A stretch of DNA of 64,000 nucleotides, taken from NCBI GenBank assembly GCA_905178155.1, contig CAJINV010000001.1, forward strand, positions 9,817,865 through 9,881,864, read 5' to 3'. Position numbers and translations under genes: made by a program. The notes below the pieces were generated by a model. That model was not told where the DNA came from and searched no databases. It saw nothing but the letters and a program-made list of their open reading frames with translations. This document shows positions 49,001-59,839 of this stretch, piece by piece; position 1 is the first letter of the stretch; every line of letters begins with the position of its first letter. Source of the DNA: Amoebophrya sp. A120 (Eukaryota > Protista > Dinoflagellata).

Positions 49001-52000
49001 GCGCACATCTGTCCGCAACTCGCCAGCTCCTCAATCTGCTGGTCATTGCACTTCAGCGTCAGTGTGCCGGTCCAGGGACTGGGGCAGGTGTACCCTCGCG
49101 TCTCATCGTGGTCTTGCCGGTATGTGAGCACCATGGCGTCATTACTGACGATCATGGTGGGCGCGCAAAATTGGCCGCACCGCCCGATCACGCTCACTTG
49201 CCCGTTGAAACCTGGTAGTGTTGGCATAGGGAGATTGTGATCAGTGTTTGATGATGTCGACAGGGCATGATACGATTGAAAATTTGCCGCGGGAAATCAC
49301 GACTAAATCAACTTCATGGAATTCAAAAAAAAGCCATCCATCGACATCAAACAAAAAATCGAATAGTACAGACAACTTCCAACTTCCCTGCGAAATTCGG
49401 GTTCCCCCCAGCGGAACAGGTCACATTTGTTCGGCTGTCGTGCTGCAGTTGCGTTCCGAGGTAAATGTTGAGCCCGTTGGAAACGAGGTACTCGACATTG
49501 CAGTGCCGCATGCACACGTCACCGGCTTTCCGAGACAGCACACCGTTACGGCAACTCAGCTCTACGTTGCCGGTCCACTGCCCACTGGGACACTGCACCT
49601 TCACCGAGTGCCAATCATCGAGGTAGCCGTGGTACATCTTCAGCGTGTGCCCTCCCGTGGCAGCCTCGATCGTGCCCGCAGGGCAGTTAAACCTTTTATT
49701 TTGACCAAAGAAATTTCAATACACATGAATCTTCACGTGAAAGTACGTAGAAAGCACCAGCCGAATCTGTCTTGAAGACAACTGACAGCATCCGCAAGAT
49801 GAAAGTGCACAAAGAAACAAGCAAATCAGATTTTAATTAATATTACTTGCAGTTTTCGCTGAGCGCCGCAATAATTCCGTTGTCGCAGCTGACCTTGATG
49901 ACTCCGTAGGTTAATGGAGAGGGCTTACACGGCACATCTAGAATTGTCCCGTGCTTAAAAAACACGCCTTCCATAAACTGGGTCTGCGACGCAAGCACCA
50001 GCGTGTCGTTCATGTAGACCCTGCTCGGATTGGTCAGCCACTGTGGCTCCGACAAGTCAAAGACCGCTTGCAGCTGCACGTCCTGCTGTGTGGTGTTCTG
50101 CGCGGGGCCGGACCGGTCCACGTTCATCGTGTGCTGGCTGGAGCAGTGCAGAAAGCAACCGGTGCCGGGTGTTGGCTGTTCCTGCACCTGGCCGTCGACG
50201 CAGATGAGGTCCAGCTTGCCGACGTACCCAAACGGACAGTCGAACAAGGGCACCTTCTGTCGGTGCTTCATGAAGTTGTACGGCACGATGCCACCACCGA
50301 TGTTCAAGGCGTACATCCCCGGAGCGCAGCTGGCGCCGCAGTTTGGACTCACCACCAGGATCGACCGGTCGGACTGGCAGAGCAGCTCGATGTTCGCTTT
50401 CGGGCAGTTCGGGTCAAAGGGACAAGGGAGCCGTCTCCTCGTCGCGATGGGGGTCACTGGGTACGCGATGGGGCTCAAACCCGGGCGGTAAATCTGATAG
50501 CGAGTGGTTTATTTCAGTTCGACTTCCTGTATGTCTGTGTGCGTCATCTCCCTCGTGCCGCCGAGTCTATTTTCTAATGCTGTTGTTACTCATCTTTATC
50601 AGACTATCGTTCATCTAAACTCGTCGCCTCAGCATGCAAGAAAAACTCAAGTTTACCAGCTGTCCACTAGGACATGGCTCCAGGCACATCCCCTCGACGC
50701 TTTGGCTGTTCGCTCCTGCGCAGGTAATGGTCACCTGTCCAGTGTAGGGCGAGGGGCAGGTCTCCACGAAACTCTGGCCGTACACCATGGTGGTATCCCA
50801 GGTGACGTCTACTCCGCCCGATGCTATTCTCCCCGGTGGACATTCGCCATACGTCACGCGGTAACACTCGGACCCGCAAGCCCCATCGGAGCCGTAGACG
50901 ACGTCCCCCTGCCCCTTGACTATCGCCCAGTTGCTGAGCAGGTGCATACCGTCTTGTTTCAGGTGAATGATGCACCGCTTGGAGCAGTGATAGAAGCTGT
51001 ACCCGAGGCAATTCAGTCCAGCGCCCTGCCAGCAGGAATCACGACACTCAAGGTGAGAGGCAACTTGCTTACCGCGGCCGCGAACGTACCTGTTGTAGTT
51101 GCAATTTTGTTTTTTTCTTTGCCGTCGCCGCTTTGAGTTTCCAAAAAAACTCGAATTTTATGTTCCTAGATAACAGCTGAAGATCGTCATTTCCGTACCT
51201 GAGTGACTTGTCTGTGCATTCACCCTTTTCGCCGATCTTCTCGAAGCGCTCTCGCTTCGGCACATTGGCGTCTGACAATGCCGCGATGTCTACACTGCTC
51301 TTGGACATACAGGGTTGGCAGATTTCTCGCCACAGCTCAGCATGGTTGTTCGGACATTGGGATGACGCCTGAGTTTAATATTTTTTGCCGGATCAGAAAC
51401 AGACAGAAAGGAACAACCAAGCTCGACATTTATCCTCAAAGAACTTTCGCAATTTGAAGACGTCTCTCAAATCAATTACTCCAAATACCTGCCCCGTGGC
51501 GTGCCAGGCTTCGCCCCAGACACAAAGCTCGCAATTACAGCCTGCGTCGGGAGTTGCTACGAGCTGCATCTCTGCGGCAATTCGCGAAGCATACTTGCAA
51601 GCGTCGTCGAGTGTGCAAACGCCCTGCCACGTGGTTCCCATTGCGAAGTGCTTCGTGAGACATTCGCGAAACAGCGGGAGCTGCACCGGAAAGAGATCCA
51701 GCACCGGTTTGAAAATCAGGTTTTCGTGGTAGCACAAACACTGATCCGATTGCCCAGTGAAGGTCTGCTTCAAGTAGGTCTGCAACTTCCTCTGTGTGAC
51801 CAGTCGCGTCGACAGACTTCTCTCGGTCTCCTCCACGGTCAGCGCTGGTGCTTCCGTCCTGACTACCAGCTCGCCGCCGGGACTTGTCAAGGAAGGCGTA
51901 TTGGTTCTGGTTGCACTCCTCTGCAGACTTCGTCGCTTCGCTGAACCGTTGTTTGGGGAAAGTCGCCGCAGGTCTCCTCTTCGATCCGCAGCGATCTGGC

Positions 52001-54488
52001 GCACAAGCCCAGCGAGCACTCCGCGCAGTCTCGGATCGAGGTCCTCCTCGACGCTCTTTTGCAGAACGGCATGAGGACTCGTCTCCGGCACCGGACCCTC
52101 GACTAGTGTTCGCCGGCAACCGGAGGCCGTGGAGTTTGCCGCCGAGTCGTCGATACACTCTTCTGTGAAGCCCATAGACCGCTTCCACGCGTTCACTTGC
52201 GCGCCGGTGAGCTGAAGATTTCGCTTCAGGTATAAAGGCTTGGGTAACGGCTCCGCCTTTATTCTACTCTTTTTCGGTTTTAGGCCTACTTTCTCCAGGA
52301 TCTCCTCATACAGTCTCGGAGTTAGCTTCTTTTTACTTTTCCCGAGTGCTTCCAGTTCCCGGTCTAATCGTGACCGCACGTCTTGCTCAAACTTCACGAC
52401 CGCGCCAGGATCTGCGCTAGTCAAAGCTGGTGGTAGGTCCAGCGCGAGGGCCCCGGTCTCAGTGTAGGCTTGTTTTTCTTTCTTGCCTATACCGAGAAGT
52501 CGCTGCTTCGCAAAGTTTCGCTTCGACTGCCTCCTGGCCTTGTCTCGCTCCTGTTCTAGATTGCGGTTCCAAATCTCGACCTCTTGCTCCGTTGGAGGTC
52601 TGTGGCTGCTCGAAAAAGCGGCCCGGCGGAGTGAATCAAGAAAGTCCGCGCCTATTCTTCTCCAAGATTTGAGACTCTCCAGCATGCTGGCGTCCTCAGG
52701 CGGCGCTGGGTGGTCGCGATCTGTTCTCCCTCCGCTGTTCGCCGCAACTGAAGCGGTGAAATCAGAATGGTCCTCGACGTCGCTTGATGATCTAGTACTT
52801 TCTCTCATTAGCGGCGTCTGCTTGTGCCACGACTGCCACCTCGCCATCGCGTCATGCGCATTTGCTGCGGAAGACCGAGGCATGCGAAAGTAGGAATCCA
52901 AAGACTCCGCCGCGCACTGTTCAGGGTTAGTGCACGTCGAACTTTCTGGACGTTCTTTTATCAGATTCTGCTCCCCCGCGGCGTCTATGTAGTAGTCCGC
53001 TAAATTCAGTTGGTTGCGACTCAGACAATCCGACCGGCCGCTGCATTCGCTGCACACTGTCTTCCCGTAGAAACAGTCGGACCGGTCGTGGTCGGAGGAA
53101 GATGGAGGAGACGAGCCCCTTGATGGGCCCTCGGGTTTATTTTCCGAGGAGATCATACTAGTAGTCGATATTGTTGATACCACTACGCTGCCACTCCCAG
53201 GTCCATCCGGTGGCTCGCCTGCGAGCACAGTCGTCTGTTCTCGAATAGTGGTCCAGATGTCGCCAGGTTTGTTTCCTGACACCAGCCGTGTAGTTTCTGT
53301 TATGGTCGTGGTCTTCGCGGCATTTGCTGCTGTAGGCGTCCCGCCCTCGGGTGTATCGGCCGTGGCGAGCGAGTATTCGAGCAGCTTTTGTACGCGCTTT
53401 TTGTCCTTCGCTAACGCACTCTCGCGATCGAGCACGAAGACTCCCGGCTCGACCTGCCGAACCGCTATGTCGGGCGGTAGTCCGTGGTGAAACGCAGAAC
53501 GGTAGATCTCCGTGTTTATCTTACTTGCGTGAACAGGATCAGAATGATCCTTTTTGCTTGCTGTAATAGCACTGCGATCCTGTTCTTTCGTCAACGTTGA
53601 AGTCGAAACCGAGACGGGAGGAAGAGGGAGCCCAAGGTTCGGAGAGGAGGACGCTGGTCCGAACAGAGCTGCCGGCGAAAACAGATCTCTGTCCTCTAAG
53701 ATCCTGGTGTCCTGATCTCGCTCGTTCGACGACGCCATGAACTTGATGTCCACCGACTTTTGTGTGGTTGGCCGCCCGTCGGTGCCGTATACCGCCGCTT
53801 CGCCGTTGCGCTCCAGGATCTCGTCCCCGTCGCCGAACTCCTCGCCGGGCTTGAAGCTGGTAACGGTCTCGGAGAACTTTTCCTCCCGTGGTCGAGTTAA
53901 TGTGCTGTATTCGACTTTGTCCTCCGCATTTTCCAACACACGTGGCGCCTCTCTTCCCTCGTGCGACCGCTCCAGTCTGGTTACGTCCTCCACGATGTAT
54001 TCCACCCCCTTTTCGTCGAACAACCGATTCAGTTTTTTCGTCCGCGGGTTGTACAAGGCGAGCAATTTCCCCGTCTTCACATCCCGCGCCAACTCCTTCC
54101 CGCTTTCGTCGAACACCCGGGGCGGCGGGGGCCTGGCCGGTGGGTACGTGAAGGTTTTGGTCGACGTGGTCGGCGGCGGGACATCTTCGCGCTCTTCCTC
54201 GGGCGGCGCCGGGTTCAGCCGTCGTGCGTACTTCACGCCATTTATCCCCGTGGGCTTCGGATCCGGAGCTCGAGAAGGATTTGTACTGATCTTTTTGGTA
54301 TTCGCTGGGTTTATCCCTTTGGGGCGCGGCTCCCCCAACGACGAGGCAGTCCATCCTCGCTGCTGCGAAGATGTTGCTCCTGCTTCGGCTTGCGATTTGT
54401 AATCGGTGTGCTCCCTCTTCCCAGCTGAAGACGAGGAAGCCGAGCTCGCGCCCACAACCACTCCAGCGATTATCACCGACTTCTTCAT
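46012..54488 (-). CDS. Giant type I membrane/surface protein with many ~55-aa Cys-rich repeats
   Basis: Signal-like MKKSVIIAGVVVGA and a ~1000-aa low-complexity first exon. Then repeated C..G...H......C.....G.....C.(D/N)G......G.C units, a TM segment WASAAGLFSIVILAYVYY and a basic cytoplasmic tail. Introns checked are GT-AG. Confidence 0.8.
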
Positions 54489-55251
54489 CCAAGACCTTCT
54501 TGAGCCTGGACTTGAAGATCAGTTCTGCTCATCGCCGAGTCGACGACAATGAATCGTGCAACTTGTTTTCCAAACGTGCTCAATGGGCATGCAATTATGA
54601 AAAAAAACACGTAATACTGGATGGGGTAGTGCCTATCGGGGAAGCAAGAGGTGGGGGAGGGGAACTAGTACAAGAACTTAAGCAGTTCCTAAAACTAGAG
54701 TAGGTCGTCATGGGTGTAGGAGGGAAATGATCCTGCAAAATCTACGAAAGTATTGACGATGTCTACGGAATGCTTCTGGCTTTAAGATTGCAAGCGCTCT
54801 CTACTGCGAATACTCCTCTCATGATGTCTCGCTGTCGCTCTCTTAAGACACATTGGAACGCTATAAAGACCGAATCCAAAGCTCTTTACTTTTTTCCACA
54901 CTCTAATTCTTTGCCTCTCGAAGTTGCTATCTAGCTCTATCGACAGCGCTCCGCGAAGCGCAATCAGCGACAACTCACTCTCATAACGGAATGTCGAGAA
55001 TGTCGAGCTGTGCGACAGCACGACCGCTACTGCAATAGCGAATACTTTCTACGGGTTGCGAACTCAATACACTTTGCTTTTCTTCGAAATAACCGCTGCG
55101 ATTGTTCGAGTATGTTGAATCTATGTCGTAATTGGGATGTCTCGTTGTGTGGTTCGGTGGAAATGCGGGTGCGTATAATTCTGATTCTCGAATCTTCCAT
55201 GATGCTAGTTTACACATTGATGGCCCAATGATCTTGCAAGCACGAGGATTC

Positions 55252-58200
55252 TTAATCCGCGTGTGGCCGTCGGTATCCGGAGGCGCCCGTACCGTGCACG
55301 CGCCTCCTCTCCCCGCCCCCGGCAAGGCGCTCTTGCTCCTTGTTCACCACATATGTGACGCCACCAACGACCGCGCCGCCCAGGAGCCCAAGGTATCAAA
55401 TGTAAAAATGTCTGGGGCTGGAAACTTGTGATGCTGGGTGGCGTCTCATGATGAGGCAACAAATGCTGGCTCAGCATGACAAGTTTCTGAGCTTCTAGGT
55501 GTTGCCTATTCTGCATGACAAACTGCGTTTCTGCATCACAGAAAAATGGAGGTCTTGGGTAACGTGCATGACAGATTTAAGAATCATGCCAGACAAGCAT
55601 GACAAACATGCATTCTTCCAGACCCAGACACTTTTGCACTTGATACAAGGTAGGTTGTGACGACACTGATGCAGGAAACAGCGACCTGTTGAAGATTTAT
55701 TCGAAAAAAACTTATATGACAAAACAATCAGGAAGAAGCACAAGGACAAGCATCTTCAATGTGGAAAGTGGAAAGTACCAATCCAAAAAAGGCGGTGCCA
55801 CTGACGAAGTTCTCGCCGTAGTTGTATCTAGCGCGGGCGGTCGCTCCGCGACCGCCGGAAAGGTATGGAGTAGGCAAGAAAACGATGGGCCCGATTTCCT
55901 ACTAGGAAGGTTGCAGTCCTCGCGGGGAAGGGGAGGGGATTCTCCTGGGGGCGAAAACTCTACAGGCGCAGGGCTTCTCCGTCCGCCTGAGCCCCCTAGA
56001 GAAAGACAAAGGCGTGGCAGCAGCCCGCCGCAGGCCCCAGGAGCAGGAGAAGCGCCGGGAAACAGAAAGAACACCCGGGGCGAGCCCAACGTGGGAGGGA
56101 ACGAGCCCTCCAGGGTGTTCCCAATTTGCGAGCATCCCCCCAAGGTGCGAGCCTTAAGGGCGGCTGCTCGTCATTCTAGCTACGCCCCGCTCTATTTCTA
56201 GTTACGCCTCCAAGGCGGTGGGGCTGCTTTCGACGAAGCCCACAGGGCCGCAGCTGCGGAAGCTGCGCGACAAAAAACCTGGCCAGCCAGGCAGGTGCAG
56301 CCAGCACAGGGAGACTGGGCGCGCTGTGTGTGGTAACCATTTAGGGCAACGAGAGAAGGCGCCGCTTCTCTGTGCAGGGCGGCGGGGCCATCCGCACGAA
56401 GAGGGGCCTCCCCCGCGAGGCAAAGCCACGGGGTAGCCTAAACAAAGCGCAAAACCATCGTCCGCGGCACCGTGGCAAGGCCGAAGGCAATTCGCCTGCA
56501 CCTGCGGGCTCAGCAGCACGCGCCGCGCCACCCGTCCTCAGTACTGATTCGCCATCCTACGGCTGCGCCCCCTTTTCCCGGGAACGAGCGCCACGCCTCG
56601 CGCTACCACACAGGCATGGGTTGCTCGGCGCTAGTTTCTCCACAGGGGGCAAGGGAACCAAGCAACGCGGGCAGGCTGTTTGGCGCAAGCTCGGGGCGAA
56701 CCGGCCCGCGAGGCAGTTTTCTTTTTCTACTAGTGAGCTTTCTCCTAGTAAACTCTCTACTAGTAGCCTTACTAGTAGTTTTTTTGCTTGCTTGTCACGA
56801 TAAGATTACTAGCAGCGCAGCCTACTAGTAAAATTTTCGAATTTTCCTTACTAGTATAGATACCAATCCAAAAAAGGCGGTGCCACTGACGAAGTTCTCG
56901 CCGTAGTTGTAGACAAGGGCACCGTATCAAGTGCAAAAATGTCTGGGTCTGGAAGAATGCGCGATTTGTCATGCTGCTTTTCTATGACCCATGAGGTCGG
57001 GAATGCAGGACCTAGCATGAGAGATTCTGTGCGATCTTTCTCATGCCTATCCTGCATGAGAAACTCCCTCCCGACTTGGTCAAAACTGGACGACTTTTGG
57101 TAATCATGCAATACAGATTTTTGCATGCTTCAGGTTTAGCATGACAAGTTGCAATCTTCCAGACCCAGACACTTTTACATTTCTTACACCGACTTGCCAC
57201 AGAAAAATGAACATCGCGGACATCATCCCGACGGTGAGATTCGTAAGGTACCTGCAAGTAATTTTTTTCACGGTAAAGTGAATCTGTCAAAAAGCTGCAG
57301 TGGCAAACCGATTTAGCCTCGATATCGATTCGACAAAAAATGCCGAAACTTGAACTTGTGAAATGTGTCGAAAAAAATTCTGTACTGAAAGATCAGCTGG
57401 AGGATGACTTGCACGAATGTTCTTTCCCTGTCGCCCGGCAACGCCATGAACAATGCGTCCATCATGGTCCACCGTTTTGCGGTCTCCTTCCCTTGCTCCC
57501 ATGCGTGCCAAAATCGTTCGCGCACTTCCTGGACTCCGATGGTCGACCATATCCCGACCGTTTGCCTGGCTTCGCGAATCAGGCCGTCGCGTTTTGTCTC
57601 TACCTGTTTTGACGGCACGCCAACACATATCAAGAAGAACGTTGTAGAAATGAAATGGAGAGTGTAACCTAACGTGCTTTGTTAGGTCATCGTATTCGGT
57701 CTCCAGAAATCGAAACAGTGTAGAAGATTTCTCAAAAATATACCTCGTAGAGCTGCGCCTGTGCTAAATCTCTCTTCGTCAACATCTTTTGGCAGGTTGC
57801 GTCGCACGACCAGAACCAGCCCTTCGCGTTATAATATCGCTGGTCGGCCTCGCGGAATAGTCGTCTTGCCTGACTTATGGATTGCAAAAATGTCTGGGTC
57901 TGGAAGATTGCAACTTGTCATGCTAATTCCGAATAATGCAAAAATCTGTGTTGCATGAGTGCCAAAAGCTGTCCACTTTCGACCAAGTTGGGAGGGAGTT
58001 TCTCATGCAGGATAGGCATAGCAGAGACCTCACAGACTCTGTCATGCTAGGTCCCGCATTCCAGACCTCAGGGGTCATGGAAAACCTGCATGACAAGTTT
58101 GGCATTCTTCCAGACCCAGACATTTTTACATTTGATATGACTTAACTCCCGGTCGGTTACGTGGTGGGCGTGCGACATGGCTTCCTGGTAAGTTTCCATT

Positions 58201-58388
58201 TGCTGCATCGTCACTGAAAACCCATTTCCCATAGCTGCCACCAAGAGCCCTATTGCCCACAGAGACGTAGTCACCGGTCGATTCTTCGCGAAGCCAGCGG
58301 CAGCGGCGACAATCGCGGTTGCAGGGGAGGAAGAGCTGGATCCTCCTGCGTTCTGCCGCTGCGCCGACTGGACCTCGAACGACTGCAT
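55252..58388 (-). CDS. Hypothetical membrane protein, 7 exons, interrupted by three introner-like elements
   Basis: Reconstructed as MQSFEVQ...DRELS|QARRLFREADQRYYNAKGWFWSCDATCQK...LYE|VETKRDGLIRE...IFQ|YLTNLTVGMMSAMFIFLWQVG|ALVYNYGENFVSGTAFFGL|VAVSCISVVTTYL|GLLGGAVVGG...PHAD*. The frame is continuous only after removing the three TIR elements and three GT-AG introns. Confidence 0.85.
55394..55645. mobile_element. Introner-like TIR element, copy 2 (252 bp, TSD CAAGG)
   Basis: TATCAAATGTAAAAATGTCTGGGGCTGGAAA ... CTTCCAGACCCAGACACTTTTGCACTTGATA. CAAGG at 55389-55393 and 55646-55650. Removal gives TTYL|GLLGG in frame. Confidence 0.9.
55776..55826. repeat. 51-bp perfect direct repeat, intronic duplicate of an exon end
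   Basis: TACCAATCCAAAAAAGGCGGTGCCACTGACGAAGTTCTCGCCGTAGTTGTA, identical to 56861-56911. Confidence 0.95.
55827..56860 (-). mobile_element. Helitron-like non-autonomous insert (1034 bp)
   Basis: On the minus strand the 5' end reads A|TCTATACTAG. The 3' end has a perfect hairpin GGCGGTCGC-GGA-GCGACCGCC followed by CGCG CTAG. A second hairpin+CTAG lies internally at 56198-56217. The insert is bounded exactly by the 51-bp repeats. Confidence 0.65.
56861..56911. repeat. 51-bp perfect direct repeat, exonic copy
   Basis: Identical to 55776-55826. Encodes YNYGENFVSGTAFFGL plus the GT donor on the minus strand. Confidence 0.95.
56925..57186. mobile_element. Introner-like TIR element, copy 3 (262 bp, TSD CACCG)
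   Basis: TATCAAGTGCAAAAATGTCTGGGTCTGGAAG ... CTTCCAGACCCAGACACTTTTACATTTCTTA. CACCG at 56920-56924 and 57187-57191. Removal gives WQVG|ALVYNY in frame. Confidence 0.92.
57876..58137. mobile_element. Introner-like TIR element, copy 4 (262 bp, TSD TGACT)
   Basis: TATGGATTGCAAAAATGTCTGGGTCTGGAAG ... CTTCCAGACCCAGACATTTTTACATTTGATA. TGACT at 57871-57875 and 58138-58142. Removal gives DRELS|QARRLF in frame. Confidence 0.92.
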
Positions 58389-58896
58389 TCTGTATATACT
58401 TCTACTTCTTGATGGATTTAGGTAGTTCACAAACACAAACTGGCAAGGGGCGCCAGGAAATAAGGAGCAAAAACCGCAGCGGTCGTGGAGTATTAATCTT
58501 ATGAGGTTCCGTTCCAAAATCAAACTTTTTTTTTGGGTGCAGGTTGTTGCTGTAGAGACCGTCGGTGGAGATGGGAAACAAGAACTCGAATTCCATAAAC
58601 GGCCGTACGTACGTTTCCAATAAATTTTCGTCCAGTACAACTGGATTGCAAATTCCAGCTCGGCCTTGATCAACATGAATACATTTGGAGAAAATTGCAC
58701 ATCAAAACTTGAACTTCTTTGGGCTGCAGATCGCTTTTGCCTTACGAGTCGTTCCACAATGAGAACATTCCCCTGCTCCGCCAAGTTGCTGGCAATCATC
58801 GTCGCCACGGCGACACGAATGAGCCGCAAAAGCGTTGGGTTGCGCTCTTCATGCGACTATCTTTTCTTGCTTGCGATTGTGATTCTATCTTCTTGC

Positions 58897-59839
58897 TCAG
58901 GTCGCTTTTTTCTTCTTTTCCGCTTCCATAAAGACCTGCGTGTTCTTCCAAAAATACAGAATTTGAAGCACTAGTATTGCGTTCATGGTTAGTGCTAGTG
59001 TGTGCCCCGTCATGGCCACCATGTCGCCGCCCAGCAGCGCCAGCGTCGTCACTACCCGCATCGCGCACCCGCCGAAAGAGAGAAACCTTTTTTTGGTTAG
59101 TGTTTGTGTACTTGACACACATACACCTATACTGCGAGCCACCAGGGACGCTTCCGCAACAAAAAATACACGACGTAAATCAAAATCTACAATAAACGTA
59201 GAATTTGAATAAGTACCATGTGATGATGGACAACGTGCCGGTATGCTTTTGCCTGGCGTTCTTTATTATCTGTGGTAGCCTGCTCGCGGTACCGAGCACC
59301 GCCGGAATCGTTCCAATCGCGTTGAGAGTGACGTCGTTCAGCAGGATCTCTCCGTGCAGCAGCAGCACCGCGGTTGCCATCGCGTATACGATGGAGAGAA
59401 GAAACCGCGGAAACTTGTCCACTTTGGGATTCGCTAACTGCCAAAACTGCATCACTTGGATCGTACTCTGCACCCAGAGAAACATCGCCTCGCCCCACGT
59501 AGCGAACGGAAATCCCTTGATCACGTTGTAAATCACACTGCAGGCGCAACCTGGAGAATATCGATGCATGCAGTTTTTTTCAAATCAGACCCAGGCAGTC
59601 GAGAAATCGCATTGATTTTGACACTCGCATGCATGGACAAATAAAACGCAAAAGAACGCAGAGACAAACATAGTCGTACTCAGAACTTCGCCAACGACCA
59701 TCTGCTCGGAGATCCCAGCCACCGATTGAGCCCGGTGTATCTGCAAAAGTTGGGGCGCCTTTACAAACACGGCACCCAGCAGGGTGATGCCGTTCATGGC
59801 CTGCAAGGCCAAAGCAAATAAACTGTCTAACGTCGCCAT
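58897..59839 (-). CDS. MPDU1: Mannose-P-dolichol utilization defect 1 homolog (PQ-loop protein), 3 exons
   Basis: GAVFVKAPQLLQIHRAQSVAGIS, YNVIKGFPFATWGE, SRLPQIIKNARQKHTGTLS and GGCAMRVVTTL give two PQ loops in the MPDU1 arrangement. Terminal KKKKAT is consistent with a dilysine ER-retrieval signal. Confidence 0.9.

Noticed and set aside
51960-51980. RGDLRRL integrin-binding-like motif in the surface protein
   Set aside because: A short motif in a low-complexity Arg-rich region, with no evidence of conservation or of a relevant receptor.
54499-54506. GGCTCAAG (3' end of the spliced leader) on the minus strand just upstream of an ATG
   Set aside because: An 8-nt match is expected by chance in 64 kb, and the TTTT part of the leader is missing.
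55394-58137. Recurrent ~30-bp repeats could suggest a CRISPR array
   Set aside because: The repeats are inverted pairs about 200 bp apart with TSDs in a eukaryotic gene. There is no spacer periodicity and no cas gene.
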